From a bacterium (GTDB lineage Bacteria > UBA8248), in NCBI GenBank assembly GCA_965213685.1, contig CBDBZY010000051.1, positions 128,001-192,000 of the forward strand: a stretch of DNA of 64,000 nucleotides, in the 5' to 3' direction. Below, piece after piece: positions 38,146-64,000 of the stretch (within the stretch, counting starts at the first letter, position 1; each line of letters opens with the position of its first letter). The translations under genes and the position numbers were made by a program. The notes under the pieces are model-generated. The model saw only the letters and a list, made by a program, of their open reading frames with translations, ran no database searches and was not told the DNA's origin.

Positions 38146-38154
38146 TGCGCCTGC

Positions 38155-38277
38155 TAGCCTCGTTCCGGCCCTCTGCTCGTGCGAATTTTACGCGCGACCT
38201 TTGACCCCCGTGGCTTGGGATGTGGATAAAGGTCACGTATCAACATCGCCGCGGGGGAGAGCCTGGGGACGAAGCTA
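38155..38277. mobile_element. 123-bp palindromic MITE (TAGCCTCG family)
   Basis: Termini TAGCCTCGTTCCGGCCCTCT / GAGAGCCTGGGGACGAAGCTA, with an internal inverted pair CGCGACCTTTGACC / GGATAAAGGTCACG. Confidence 0.7.
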
Positions 38278-38282
38278 TGTTC

Positions 38283-38341
38283 ACCATAGATAGTAGAGTT
38301 GGAAGGACCTGCATGTGTCCTTCTACTCTACCATCTATGGT
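38283..38341. repeat. 59-bp hairpin / inverted repeat (ACCATAGAT...ATCTATGGT)
   Basis: ~25-bp near-perfect arms ACCATAGATAGTAGAGTTGGAAGGAC / GTCCTTCTACTCTACCATCTATGGT. Confidence 0.85.
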
Positions 38342-38373
38342 CTCACAATCATTGACTCAACGCTCTCACAGAG

Positions 38374-39460
38374 CTAAAATCTGTAAATTCTTTTGAGAGC
38401 AGCTCTGAGTATCTGTATAAACCAGTAGAGCTGCAGAGCCAGTTCTGCTGCCAGAAACGCATGGCAGATCAGTCTCATGGATGAGAGGGCATTGAAGAGG
38501 CTCCAGTTGTGGTGCTGGGCAGCATAGAACAGCAATGTGAGTGGAGTGTTGGCGATGCGGGCCAGGAAGAATATGACTACTAAGACACCTCCATTCAGCT
38601 GGTACAGGGATGTGTCTTCAAGTCTGAGCTGAGGGAGAAGAGGAAGAAGTGGTGAGGGAGAGGAGAGACTCAAGGCCGCCATGACATGACATGCAAATGG
38701 TGCACATACTCGTCTCATGACTTTTGCTGCAGCAACCAGCGGAGAGCTCATCTCACGCACAAAGAGTGTGCCAACCAGAAAGTCTCCCATTCCCTTCCTC
38801 AGCCAGTCATGCTGTGGAGCAGAGCAGGCAGAGGGTGAGTCTGTGCTGAGCGAGACGGCTCACCCTGCACACAGCCCTACCACTGCCAGGGGGTATCCCA
38901 CCACCACCAGCACAAGATGGTGCACCACCATGAACAGCTTGCTCCTCACGAATCTCAGGAGACTCCCTACACTGCCCATTGGGAGGCCCTTTCCCAGGCA
39001 GAAGGTGTGGTACATGGAGAGAAGATCACACAACAGGTAGGAAAAAGCAGTGTAGGCAAAAGGAACGATGGTTTGGGACCTGCAGTGGCGACAGAGTGAG
39101 AAGGGAGGGACATTATAGAGGAAAGCTGTGATGGTTCTCACGGACTTTACCTACTGTAGAGACAGTCGTCTGCAGTCTCCCACATCACCTGCAATCCAAC
39201 CATAGACGTGGCCAACGCATGCAGGGCACTGATCACTCTGCAGCACAGTGAATACACCACTCGCTCACACCCATCAAGTATCGCTGCAGCGCTTACTTGT
39301 TTGTTATGTCTGCCACATCAGCTTCCGACAGGATCACGTCCTGTTTGTTGCTCTTCTGTAGCACGTGACTGCACACATTTTTCACAAGGTGAAACCGCAG
39401 TACGCGGTGCAGCGTACCGTACAGAACAACTCCACCAACAGACAGTAACCCTAGAAACAT
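38374..39460 (-). CDS. TLC-domain membrane protein (TLCD3/FAM57-like), divergent tandem copy C
   Basis: FSYLLCDLLSMY, MVVHHLVLVVVGYP, GMGDFLVGTLFVREMSSPLV, LYQLNGGVLVVIFFLARI, LQLYWFIQI. Confidence 0.85.
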
Positions 39461-39513
39461 TGTAATTAGAACGCACCTAGACTGCACGTGGGTGCGCTTT
39501 TAATAGAATTTCC

Positions 39514-42446
<2,933 letters not shown>

Positions 42447-42646
42447 CCCGGCCTAACTAGCTAGCACGTCACATTGTTGTCCCCGCGTTGTTTGAATGCA
42501 CGTTCCAAACATGCGTAATGAGATGGCGGTAGAACAAAAGGAGCTTCGTTTCCGTGTGTTGTCCGTCCGGTCAGCCGCACCACACAATTCAGTTCCCTTA
42601 CAGCGCCACTCCGTGAGCTAACCACCGCTACCGAGTACCCACAAAC

Positions 42647-44571
42647 ATGTCCAAAAGTAAAGAGGCTACAGCGCGTGCAGTATGGCGACAGGCAGACGCC
42701 GTGTGTATGGACGTGGACAGCACCTTGATCCGTATCGAGGGCATCGATAATCTGGCCAAGTTGTGCGGCGCAGAAGAAGAAGTGTCCAAGCTGTAAGCTC
42801 TACGGTAGTACCGCCTATATATGGGCTAGCGATAACAGACCTTTTGTGTGACCTCTCAGCACGCGGCAGGCCATGGGAGGGTCTTTGACCTTTCGCGAGT
42901 CACTGCGAAGAAGACTGAACATCATCCGACCCAGCCAGCAGCAGGTTAGGGCTAGGGCTAGCGTGGAGTTCAGCAATGTTCCACTACAAGAGTACCACTT
43001 GAGACCAACTGTATGTCACAATACATACATGTACATACATGTACATGTATGATGTGTGTGTGCATAATTTGGTGAAGTGTGCTTGCCTCAAAACTCATCT
43101 TGAAAGGTATAATTATGTCTAAAGAGGTATGTTAGAACATTGCTCTTAGCTATAGTATGGGGCCATACGTGATTGCATCTAGCATGCATGATTGCACCAG
43201 GCACTTACATGTACATGTAGTTCACTTACATGTGCATGTAGTTCTGTGTTGCACGTGATGAGTGGCACTTAGATCTGTGTTGCATGAACTAGCAGTGCAT
43301 TCGTCACGTGTTCACTGTGTGGTGCTGCTACAGCTCCAATTTTGGTACTAAAGTAAGTTTCGCTGTACTACTTTTGGCTGAAGTTAGTTTTGTTTTTAGC
43401 TGAAGTGTAACCTTTACCAGTAAGATTGTTTCTTGTGTACTACTTTTAGGCTAATGTACTTCTTCTAGCTGAAACACATTAGCTAAGGCCTTTCTTAAAG
43501 TAGTAGATCTACATGAGTTTCGAGATGAACACATTAGGTTGATCCCATCTCCAGCTGCAATTGCATGTACAAGAGACATGTGAATGCCAGGCCCACAGCT
43601 GCACAGGTAGCTAGTGTGACTGGTTGTGCTTGTCTGTTGCAGGTGGAGCAGTTCAGTCTCCAACACACGGCAGAGAAGATCCTCACACCAGGCGTGGAGT
43701 GAGTTCCCTCCCTCCCTCCCTCCCTGACCTGCCCCGGCACTTCCTGTGCCACTCATAGGTATTCTCTGCCCACAGGAAGCTGGTCAGGCTCCTGAGGGAG
43801 AGAGGAGTGCAGCTCTACCTGGTGTCTGGGGGCTTCAGACAGCTCATCGAGCCCATCGCACAGCACCTAGATATCCCCAGAGAGAGCATCTTTGCCAACC
43901 TACTCTTGTTTGATCAAGAAGGTAACCAGTGGCAACACATGCAAATGCACACAGACCATGTGGAGGGCAGCCTGAGTGTAGTGTGTTGGATGTGTGTATG
44001 CGTGTGGTGCTGTGATGTGGTGCCTGCTCTGATGCAGGGCAGTATTATGGTTTTGATGAGTCCCAGCCGACCAGCAGCTCCGGTGGCAAGGCGCGTGTGG
44101 TGGGGTATGTCAAGAGACTCCACCAGAGGTGAGCTCTGGGCGTCAGGTGCTGGTTGGCAGCACCAACCTTTGACCTCTCTGTATGCACTCCACTTACATT
44201 CTGACGATATATACACACTCGCTACTCCACAGAGTGGTGATGATTGGAGATGGAGCCACGGACATGGAAGCTGCACCACCAGCAGTAGGTCACCTTTGCA
44301 ATAGTAGTGATGTTATGTTAACCTCCCTCCCCACTTCCCTCTTCCTCTCCCTCTTCCTATTCAGGACACATTCATTGGGTTTGGAGGGAATGTGGTGAGG
44401 GAGAAGGTGCTGCAGGAAGCAAGCTGGTATGTGTACAGCTTCCAAGAGCTCATTGATGAACTGGAGTCAGAGGAGGGTGGTGTTGGGGACACACACAGTA
44501 AGGACATCTCCCTCACCAGGATGGGTGTGCTGTGTTCCCCTACAGAGATGTGTAATAGTGAACAGGCTTAA
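42647..44571 (+). CDS. PSPH: Phosphoserine phosphatase (HAD family)
   Basis: ADAVCMDVDSTLIRIEGID, TRQAMGG, YLVSGGFRQLI, GFDESQPTSSSGGKA, VMIGDGATDMEAAPPA|DTFIGFGGNVVREKV. Confidence 0.95.
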
Positions 44572-44665
44572 GATTAGCCATCCTCATGACTGTGACAGCA
44601 ATCTGGCATTTATTTATTGTATATATCACACTCTCCTGGAAAATATCACATCATTGAAGTTTGAG

Positions 44666-44721
<56 letters not shown>

Positions 44722-44817
44722 CGTCCACAGCCAGCTTCAGCAAAAACAGAGAAACATAGCAGTGAATGTCATGGCTATTATTAACTGAAGTCAACAGCGC
44801 CTGTGCAGCTCAGAGAA

Positions 44818-47370
<2,553 letters not shown>

Positions 47371-47871
47371 TTTTCCTCGCGATCCTGTGGCGTGAAGACC
47401 AGAGTGCAGGGCAGCTAGAGTACGGAGAATGAGCAGCCAAGACCAATAATAAGGTCATGAAGGTCATCGTCAATTTGTTTCTTGTGTACTCCTTTTAGGG
47501 TAATATAGGGATTCCATGGTATATGTACTGAGAGTAGCTGCAGATGCTTGGAACACAGCACAACGTTTCACCCTTTGGCTTCTTCAGGTGCAAAGGACAC
47601 AATTTCTTTTAGCTGAAGCACCATTAGCTAAGGCCTTTCTTAAAGTAGTACAACTCACATTAGGTTGCTCCCATGTGTCCAGTTGCAATTGCACTCACAC
47701 AACTAGTTCTGTGTCCACTTCATACAACTACTCTGTAAGTATGTTCCCATGGAAACAGCCAATCAAAAACATACATGGTTACATAATGTTATGTAACAAG
47801 AGACCGGTGAATGGGCCACACCCACAGCTGCACAGGTAGCTGGTGTGACTGGTTGTGCCTGTCTGTTGCAG

Positions 47872-48720
47872 GTGGAGCAGTTCACACGGCGGAGAAAGTC
47901 CTCATATTGGGAGTAGAGTGAGTTCCCCCTCACTAGCCCCGACACTTAATTCCTGCTCCACTCATAGGTATTCTATACCCGGTCAGGCTCCTGAGGGAGA
48001 GAGGAGTGCAGCTCTACCTGGTGTCTGGGGGCTTCAGACAGCTCATTGAGCCCATCGCACAGCACCTAGATATCCCCAGAGAGAGCATCTTTGCCAACCT
48101 AACCAGCGGCAACACATGTAAATGCACACAGACCATGTGGAGGGCAGCCTGAGTGTAGTGTGTTGGATGTGTGTATGCGTGTGGTGCTGTGATGTGGTGC
48201 CTGCTCTGATGCAGGGCAGTATTATGGTTTTGATGAGTCCAGCCGACCAGCAGCTCCGGTGGCAAGGCACGTGTGGTGGGGTATGTCAAGAGACTCCACC
48301 AAAGGTGAGCTCTGGGCGTCAGGTGCGGGTCGGCAGCACAACCCTTGACCTCTCTGTATGCACTCCACTTACATTCTGACGATGCACACTTGCTACTCCA
48401 CAGAGTGGTGATGATTGGAGATGGAGCCACGGACATGGAAGATGCACCACCAGCAGTAGGTCACTTCTGCAATAGTAGTGATGTTATTTTAACCTCCCTC
48501 CCCACTTCCCTCTTCCTTTTCAGGACACATTCATTGGGTTTGGAGGGAATGTGGTGAGGGAGAAGGTGTTGCAGGAAGCAAGCTGGTATGTATAGAGCTC
48601 ATTGATGAACTGGAGTCAGAGGAGGGTGGTGTTGGGGACACACAGTATGGACATCTCCCTCACCAGGATGGGTGTGCTGTGTTCCCCTACAGAGATGTGT
48701 AATGGTGAACTGGCTTAAGA
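47872..48720 (+). pseudogene. PSPH pseudogene fragment (exons 3 to end only)
   Basis: Lacks the first two exons, including the catalytic DVDST motif. It carries deletions relative to the intact copy, including loss of ACTCTTGTTTGATCAAGAAGGT with its splice donor (~48100) and a deletion in the last exon (~48595). Confidence 0.92.
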
Positions 48721-48934
48721 TTAACCATCTTCATGACTGTGACAGCAATCTATATCACACTCTCCTGGAAAATATCGCATCACTGAAGTTTGAGTATTAT
48801 TTTGATTATCTTATCATAACCCTTGACTATGGTATGGCAGCTGTCCTACAATGGGATATGTGTGGTACATGGGTAGGTATATATAACACACACACACAGG
48901 ACTAGTGCTGGTGCAGTGGCTGTGTTCACACTAA

Positions 48935-49855
48935 CTATTTGAGGAGGAACTCTCCTCTGAAGCCAGGGACTTTGTCAATGAAATCTGAGAACTCGGCCCT
49001 GAGCTGGGCATGCCTCTCCTCCCACTCCTCCTTCTCATCTGTCACTCTCTGTAGCTCCTCCTCCAGCCTCCTGCCAGCTGTCAGCTGAGAGTCATGCTCT
49101 TCTTGCAAGGCCCTGTGCTTTGCATCACTCTCTGCCCTCACCCTGCTCAGCCTGGCTTCAAACTCTGGGCTGAGGCTAGACCTTTGCTCCTCTAGTGCTC
49201 TCTCCTTTTCCTCCTCCATCTTTGTTTGTTGCGATGCCAGCGCCTGACTCAGCTCCTGCAAGGCTCGCTCTCTCGCTGCTCTCTTCTCTTCTTCAACAAT
49301 CTCTCGCACCCTCCGTGCCTCGTCTGCCGCACTCTCCCTCTCCTCTTCCCTCGCCGCCTGCACGGCTACCTCCCGAATTCCATCAGCCTCACTCCATGTC
49401 CTCTCCACCGTCTCCACGAGGTGCCTCCTCTTCTCTTCCGCCACTTCCTTCAGTTTATCCGCAAACTCCTTCCTCAGTCTCTCCTCCAAAATGGCGCTCT
49501 GTCTGGCGATGGCTCTCAACTGGCTCTGGTGCGCCTCCACAAACAACTGCTGCCTCTCCCTCGCCCACTCCTCCTTGGCAGCCTCCAGAGCGCGCTCCCT
49601 CTTCTCCTCCTCCTCCCTCCTCACCACCTCTTCCGTGCACCGGATGGCTCTCTGTTTGCTGTCTTCCGCTTCTGCCTCGCGCCGCTCCCTCAGCCCCTCC
49701 CCCACCCCTGCGGAGGAAGCAGGCATAGCGGCGTAAAAACTGTCCTCGGAACTCACCAACTAGCTCCAGTAGCTCGTTAGTGGCTTACTGAGGATGTTCT
49801 GGTGAGCAAGAATCTGCTTCTGGTCAGCCCAGAGCGGCTCCGCTTCGCTGGCCAT
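48935..49855 (-). CDS. Coiled-coil protein, C6orf163-like (2 exons)
   Basis: Exon 1 MASEAEPLWADQKQILAHQNIL (49855-49789) splices to RVGEGLRERRE (from 49707). E/R-rich coiled coil with AVQAAREEER, ending LRAEFSDFIDKVPGFRGEFLLK*. Family call is from recalled similarity only. Confidence 0.7.
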
Positions 49856-50078
49856 GCGTGCGGCTCTCAAGAAGTCGCGCTGTCCCCCAATGCCCCACCC
49901 GCACAGTGGACAAGCATGAAATTCATATACACCGCATTACCAACCCTAGCTCGGGCAGCGTAGCTGATATAAATATATATACTTCCATGGCCAGCATCAG
50001 CATATTTACAAAAACATAGCAGTGAAATGTCATGGCTATTATTAACTGAAGTCAACAGCGCCTGTGCAGCTCAGAGAA

Positions 50079-52564
<2,486 letters not shown>

Positions 52565-52812
52565 CTTTCCTCGCGATCCTGTGGCGGGAGGATCAGAGTG
52601 CGGGGCAGAGTACGGAGAATGAGCAGCCAAGACCCCGTGACCAATAATAAGGTCACAAAGGTCATTGTCAACTGTCACATGACACCACGTGATGTATTTG
52701 TGGAAAATGGCCGCTGTTTGAGAGTTATCGAACGTGGCGGCCCACGAGTTCTAACCTTCCTCGCAGGCTGTTATGTTCTACTACAGTCTAGCCACTGCTG
52801 GAAGACTTGACA

Positions 52813-60739
<7,927 letters not shown>

Positions 60740-61054
60740 CAGCGTTTTTATTCATTCTTCCTTCCTTTCTTCTCTCTCTGCCCCCCACCCTCCTCATGTG
60801 CCATGTCACACACCATCATTCACTCCCTCCACTGTACATCCTGTTCCCTGTTATCTGAGCGCCATCCTCCAGCAGTTGGGAGGTGTTATTGTACTGACAC
60901 TGACGTTTCCATTCTCCATGTGCCACAGTTCGTAGCTACCCGTCCACCCCAGTGTTCATCATAATTCTAATTCTAATGCAGTGGTTGTGATGAGCTCTAG
61001 GCATACAGCACGTACTGTATGGGCATGACATGGCATTAATTAGAAGTGGATGTT

Positions 61055-61377
61055 CTACGTCTTGTTCCTCCACTGTGCAGGAGTGAGGGTCTTCTGGCTG
61101 AATGCATGAATTAGTTTGAGCTCTTCCGCTAGGCATTCATTCACCATCCGATGGCGTTGGAGGAGAGGCTTGCCCTCAAAGTGGGAGGAGACAATTACCA
61201 CTTCAAACCTCTGACCACACCCACAGGAAGTGTCCGTCACCTCCTGCCAATGTGTACACATGATCTGATCACAGAGCGCAGTCAGCGCTGCGCCCAGCAC
61301 TTGGCTACACTTACAACATGTTCCGCTTCCAGTGCCTCTGTCAGTTTTGCCTGTAGTGCTTCCGTTGAGATTTCCAT
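61055..61377 (-). CDS. BOLA2: BolA-like protein 2 (2 exons)
   Basis: [21 protein letters not shown]|[58 protein letters not shown]. Confidence 0.93.
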
Positions 61378-62395
61378 GATCTATCTGCTCGGAGCTAGCT
61401 CAGCCGGCTCCGCGCTGTATAACCTCTGTACGCTGTGCGCACGCACACGTGCAACATTCTCACGTGAACGAACTAGCGGTATTTATATAAATTATATCGT
61501 GCGATATGCCGAACTTCTGTCACTTGTCCGCTAGTATAGGGGTGCTTGGTGGATTAGAACATTGAAGGTAAGTATATATACATATATATTTAGTATTCAT
61601 CAATAGTCGTTACATAACGCATTTCGGGTGGTAAATATCTGCAGTTCTGCATAGTGTGGATGTGATCGTGCAAGTGCCTGTGAGTGGTTTCAGCCGCTCC
61701 ACCACCACGGATAGGAACTCTAGAGTCCGCGCTATGTTCTCATGTGCTAATATCTCACATCTAGTGCCTATACAATTCTGTGGAGCCTCAACGTTGTGGT
61801 GATCAGCATCACTGATAGAGCCCGCGCCGGGAGCTCAGGTATATAGTATTATACACGAAACGTTCCGTGTATGATTCTGGGGAGCAACAAATTGAGGTAG
61901 CCCAGCAGTGATGTGGGTGCGTAATGTGGTTAGCTTGCTATGGTGATGATTAGTGGGCCACTCCACTAGATGGTGAGAATATTTCCCCCTAAGCTCAGCT
62001 TATAAAGGGCGCTAATGAAGAAAGTAACTCTAGTGGTGTCCATTTAGCAAAGCCCTTTCTCTTCTTATCATGTACCCTAAGCTCACTTTGAGCTGGTGAG
62101 TGTGGATATCATCATCTGTATGGCTGTTCCCCAACTCTCCCTGTCCATGGAACACTTACCTAATGACTGCAATTTGTAGAATGGCAGGCAGTGCCCACAT
62201 CAACATACCATCCCCATAGTCTGCCAGGAACACATGGCCAATGCCCTTCTGGTTCAAATTTGCCCTATCCCATTCTGCATTGTGTTGATGGTATTGAGTG
62301 ACCATTTCCTGCATGTAGTGTGTACCATACATGGTGTATACAAATGTGTGTACTACAGTGTATTCATGTATATGGTGTTGGGAGTTGATATTATG

Positions 62396-62465
<70 letters not shown>

Positions 62466-62564
62466 GGAGGAGGGAGAATTTTAAAGATGCACATCTTCAG
62501 AATTTGTTACTATTTCAAACATGTCCCTGTGTTCTCATTCCAGCAGGGACAAGACTGTACAGGT

Positions 62565-62900
62565 ATGTCTGGAGCAGAGAGCACATCGGCTGCTGAGGAC
62601 TTCCTGTACAGCCCACAAGGAGTGGCTACTGTGGCAGTGGTGGTGGCAATTGTCACATCAGTAGTGTGGCTCTCAGGCTGCATCTGCTACTGCTGCTGGA
62701 GGTGCTGCAAGCGACAGAGGCAAGATGGAGGTGCAGAGACCAGCCAAGATATTTACTTCCTTGCAACAACTTCATCCGGCAATGGCACCCTCTCCAGTGG
62801 GTACAACACGGGAAACTTGTCCTATTCCCTTAACTCCTTGGCTAATGATCCTACCTATCTCCACACATCCCTGGACTCCATCCTGGATGGAGAGACTTGA
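62565..62900 (+). CDS. Small single-pass membrane protein with juxtamembrane Cys cluster
   Basis: MSGAESTSAAEDFLYSPQG-VATVAVVVAIVTSVVWLSG-CICYCCWRCCKRQR followed by a Tyr/Ser-rich tail. A probable acceptor lies at ~62543 and a strong donor at ~61568 (likely a 5' UTR exon). Confidence 0.65.
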   Translation: MSGAESTSAAEDFLYSPQGVATVAVVVAIVTSVVWLSGCICYCCWRCCKRQRQDGGAETSQDIYFLATTSSGNGTLSSGYNTGNLSYSLNSLANDPTYLHTSLDSILDGET

Positions 62901-63106
62901 AGTCTTCCAGCTGTAGAGGGTACACTACAGCAGTATACCCGTATCATTTTCTGCCTTCTTTCAGATTCTGGTGGCTAGTGCATCTCTCTATTTCCCTCTG
63001 TGTCTCATCATTCACACTACAATTATTATTGTTTAATACATGTACAGTTATACACCCAATTTTTCATAATTAGCATGTGACTGTACTGTGAATGTATTTG
63101 ACCAAG

Positions 63107-63120
63107 AGCGCATGCGCTCT
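63107..63120. promoter_or_regulatory. NRF1-type palindrome upstream of AOAH
   Basis: GAGCGCATGCGCTC, ~95 bp before the ATG. Confidence 0.5.
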
Positions 63121-63212
63121 TGATTTGTCATATCCTCCGGCACAAGGCTGAAGCCCTAGTGCGTGTTCAAGAACAGCTCCTCCCACGGCTGCCTCCGACT
63201 CGTACAGTACTC

Positions 63213-64000
63213 ATGTCTCCCTCGGTCCCCTCAGTCTCTCTCCTTTTCCTCCTCCTCTGCTCTTACCCAGGAGGCTCCGAAGCTCTGAGGTTGCCGCGCT
63301 TCCTCACGGACGGCGATAACGGCGGCGTTACGTGCGCAACGTGTACGGTGATAGTGGGACTAACGGAGCAGCTGACGGAGCTGTACAACATCTCCGTGGC
63401 CGACGCACTGGCCAAGTTTTGCAGGTTCCTGCCGTCAGGTTTCCAAGAGGCCTGCACGCTACTCGTTGAGCAGTTCGGACCAGTCATTATCGACCTTCTT
63501 GAGAGGAAGGAGACGCCTGACGTGGTGTGCCTCGCAATCGACATCTGCAAGAACGAGACGGGAGAGGTGTGCCATCTCTTCCCCCTACCGCCTCACTCCT
63601 CGCCGGCGGAGCTGGAGCAGAGGGTCACAGTCGCCAGGAAGAGAGCCAGCTCCCTGCTCAGAGGGCCCTTCCTCTTCCCAGACCTCTGCAACGTCACCGT
63701 CATCAAGCCCATCTGTGACATCATTGAGAGGTTTGGTAGCGACCACCTACCAGTGGACGACGTGGACGGAGACTACTTCTCTGACCTGCAGACTTTCCGA
63801 GGCACTTCTTGGAGGGGGAAGGACTGCAATGACCTGGACCCCGATGTTTACCCGGGGAGACACACAGAGGACGACGCTTTCTTTGATACCAACTGCAATG
63901 GTATCTATGGTACCGATCCCTCAACAGGGAAGACCTATGAGGAGATGTGGTGCAAGGGAACAGGCCAGAGGGGCACAGTCCTGCTGGGCGACAGCGCGGG
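63213..64000 (+). CDS. AOAH: Acyloxyacyl hydrolase (saposin-B + GDSL lipase), runs off window end
   Basis: Signal peptide, then saposin NGGVTCATCTVIVGLTEQL...TPDVVCLAIDIC..CHLFPLP, then PVDDVDGDYFS..TFRGTSWRGKDCND...YPGR, DTNCNGIYG, YEEMWC and LLGDSA (catalytic Ser block). The frame is uninterrupted. Confidence 0.93.
   Translation, partial: MSPSVPSVSLLFLLLCSYPGGSEALRLPRFLTDGDNGGVTCATCTVIVGLTEQLTELYNISVADALAKFCRFLPSGFQEACTLLVEQFGPVIIDLLERKETPDVVCLAIDICKNETGEVCHLFPLPPHSSPAELEQRVTVARKRASSLLRGPFLFPDLCNVTVIKPICDIIERFGSDHLPVDDVDGDYFSDLQTFRGTSWRGKDCNDLDPDVYPGRHTEDDAFFDTNCNGIYGTDPSTGKTYEEMWCKGTGQRGTVLLGDSA

Noticed and set aside
48935-49759. Coiled-coil gene as an intronless insertion or retrogene in duplication unit 2
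   Set aside because: A short upstream exon and intron can be modelled, so deletion from unit 1 is more parsimonious.
49195-49780. Long antisense ORFs over the coiled-coil gene (likewise over TRIM37 and NCoR exons)
   Set aside because: They are shadow frames of GC-rich, biased coding sequence with no recognisable motifs.

Overview
This is eukaryotic, very gene-dense DNA: about 20 intron-containing genes in 64 kb, with short introns full of CT/GA low-complexity tracts and (CA)n/(GT)n microsatellites. Gene content and style suggest a basal metazoan, most plausibly a demosponge; that taxon call is an inference. Genes were reconstructed by hand-splicing, in this order: PEX6 (5' truncated), STK36/Fused, TRMT61A, leishmanolysin-like LMLN, an unassigned four-TM protein, TRIM37, liprin-beta, a tandem Death-domain-only protein, CCT6, malectin, three tandem TLC-domain genes, CCDC157, PSPH, HPD copy 1, a PSPH pseudo-fragment, a C6orf163-like gene, HPD copy 2, an NCoR-like corepressor, BOLA2, a small Cys-rich single-pass protein and AOAH (3' truncated). 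The main observations are: (1) a recent tandem segmental duplication with reciprocal gene loss that leaves only HPD doubled; (2) copy-specific insertions and a minisatellite expansion within that duplication; (3) several fold-back/MITE elements; (4) a tRNA-like cloverleaf with an aberrant anticodon loop; (5) 3' splice sites preceded by (CA)n instead of a polypyrimidine tract; (6) very compact head-to-head promoters. Most ORFs in the supplied track are artefacts of low-complexity introns. Gene boundaries are manual and approximate, and no database search was run.
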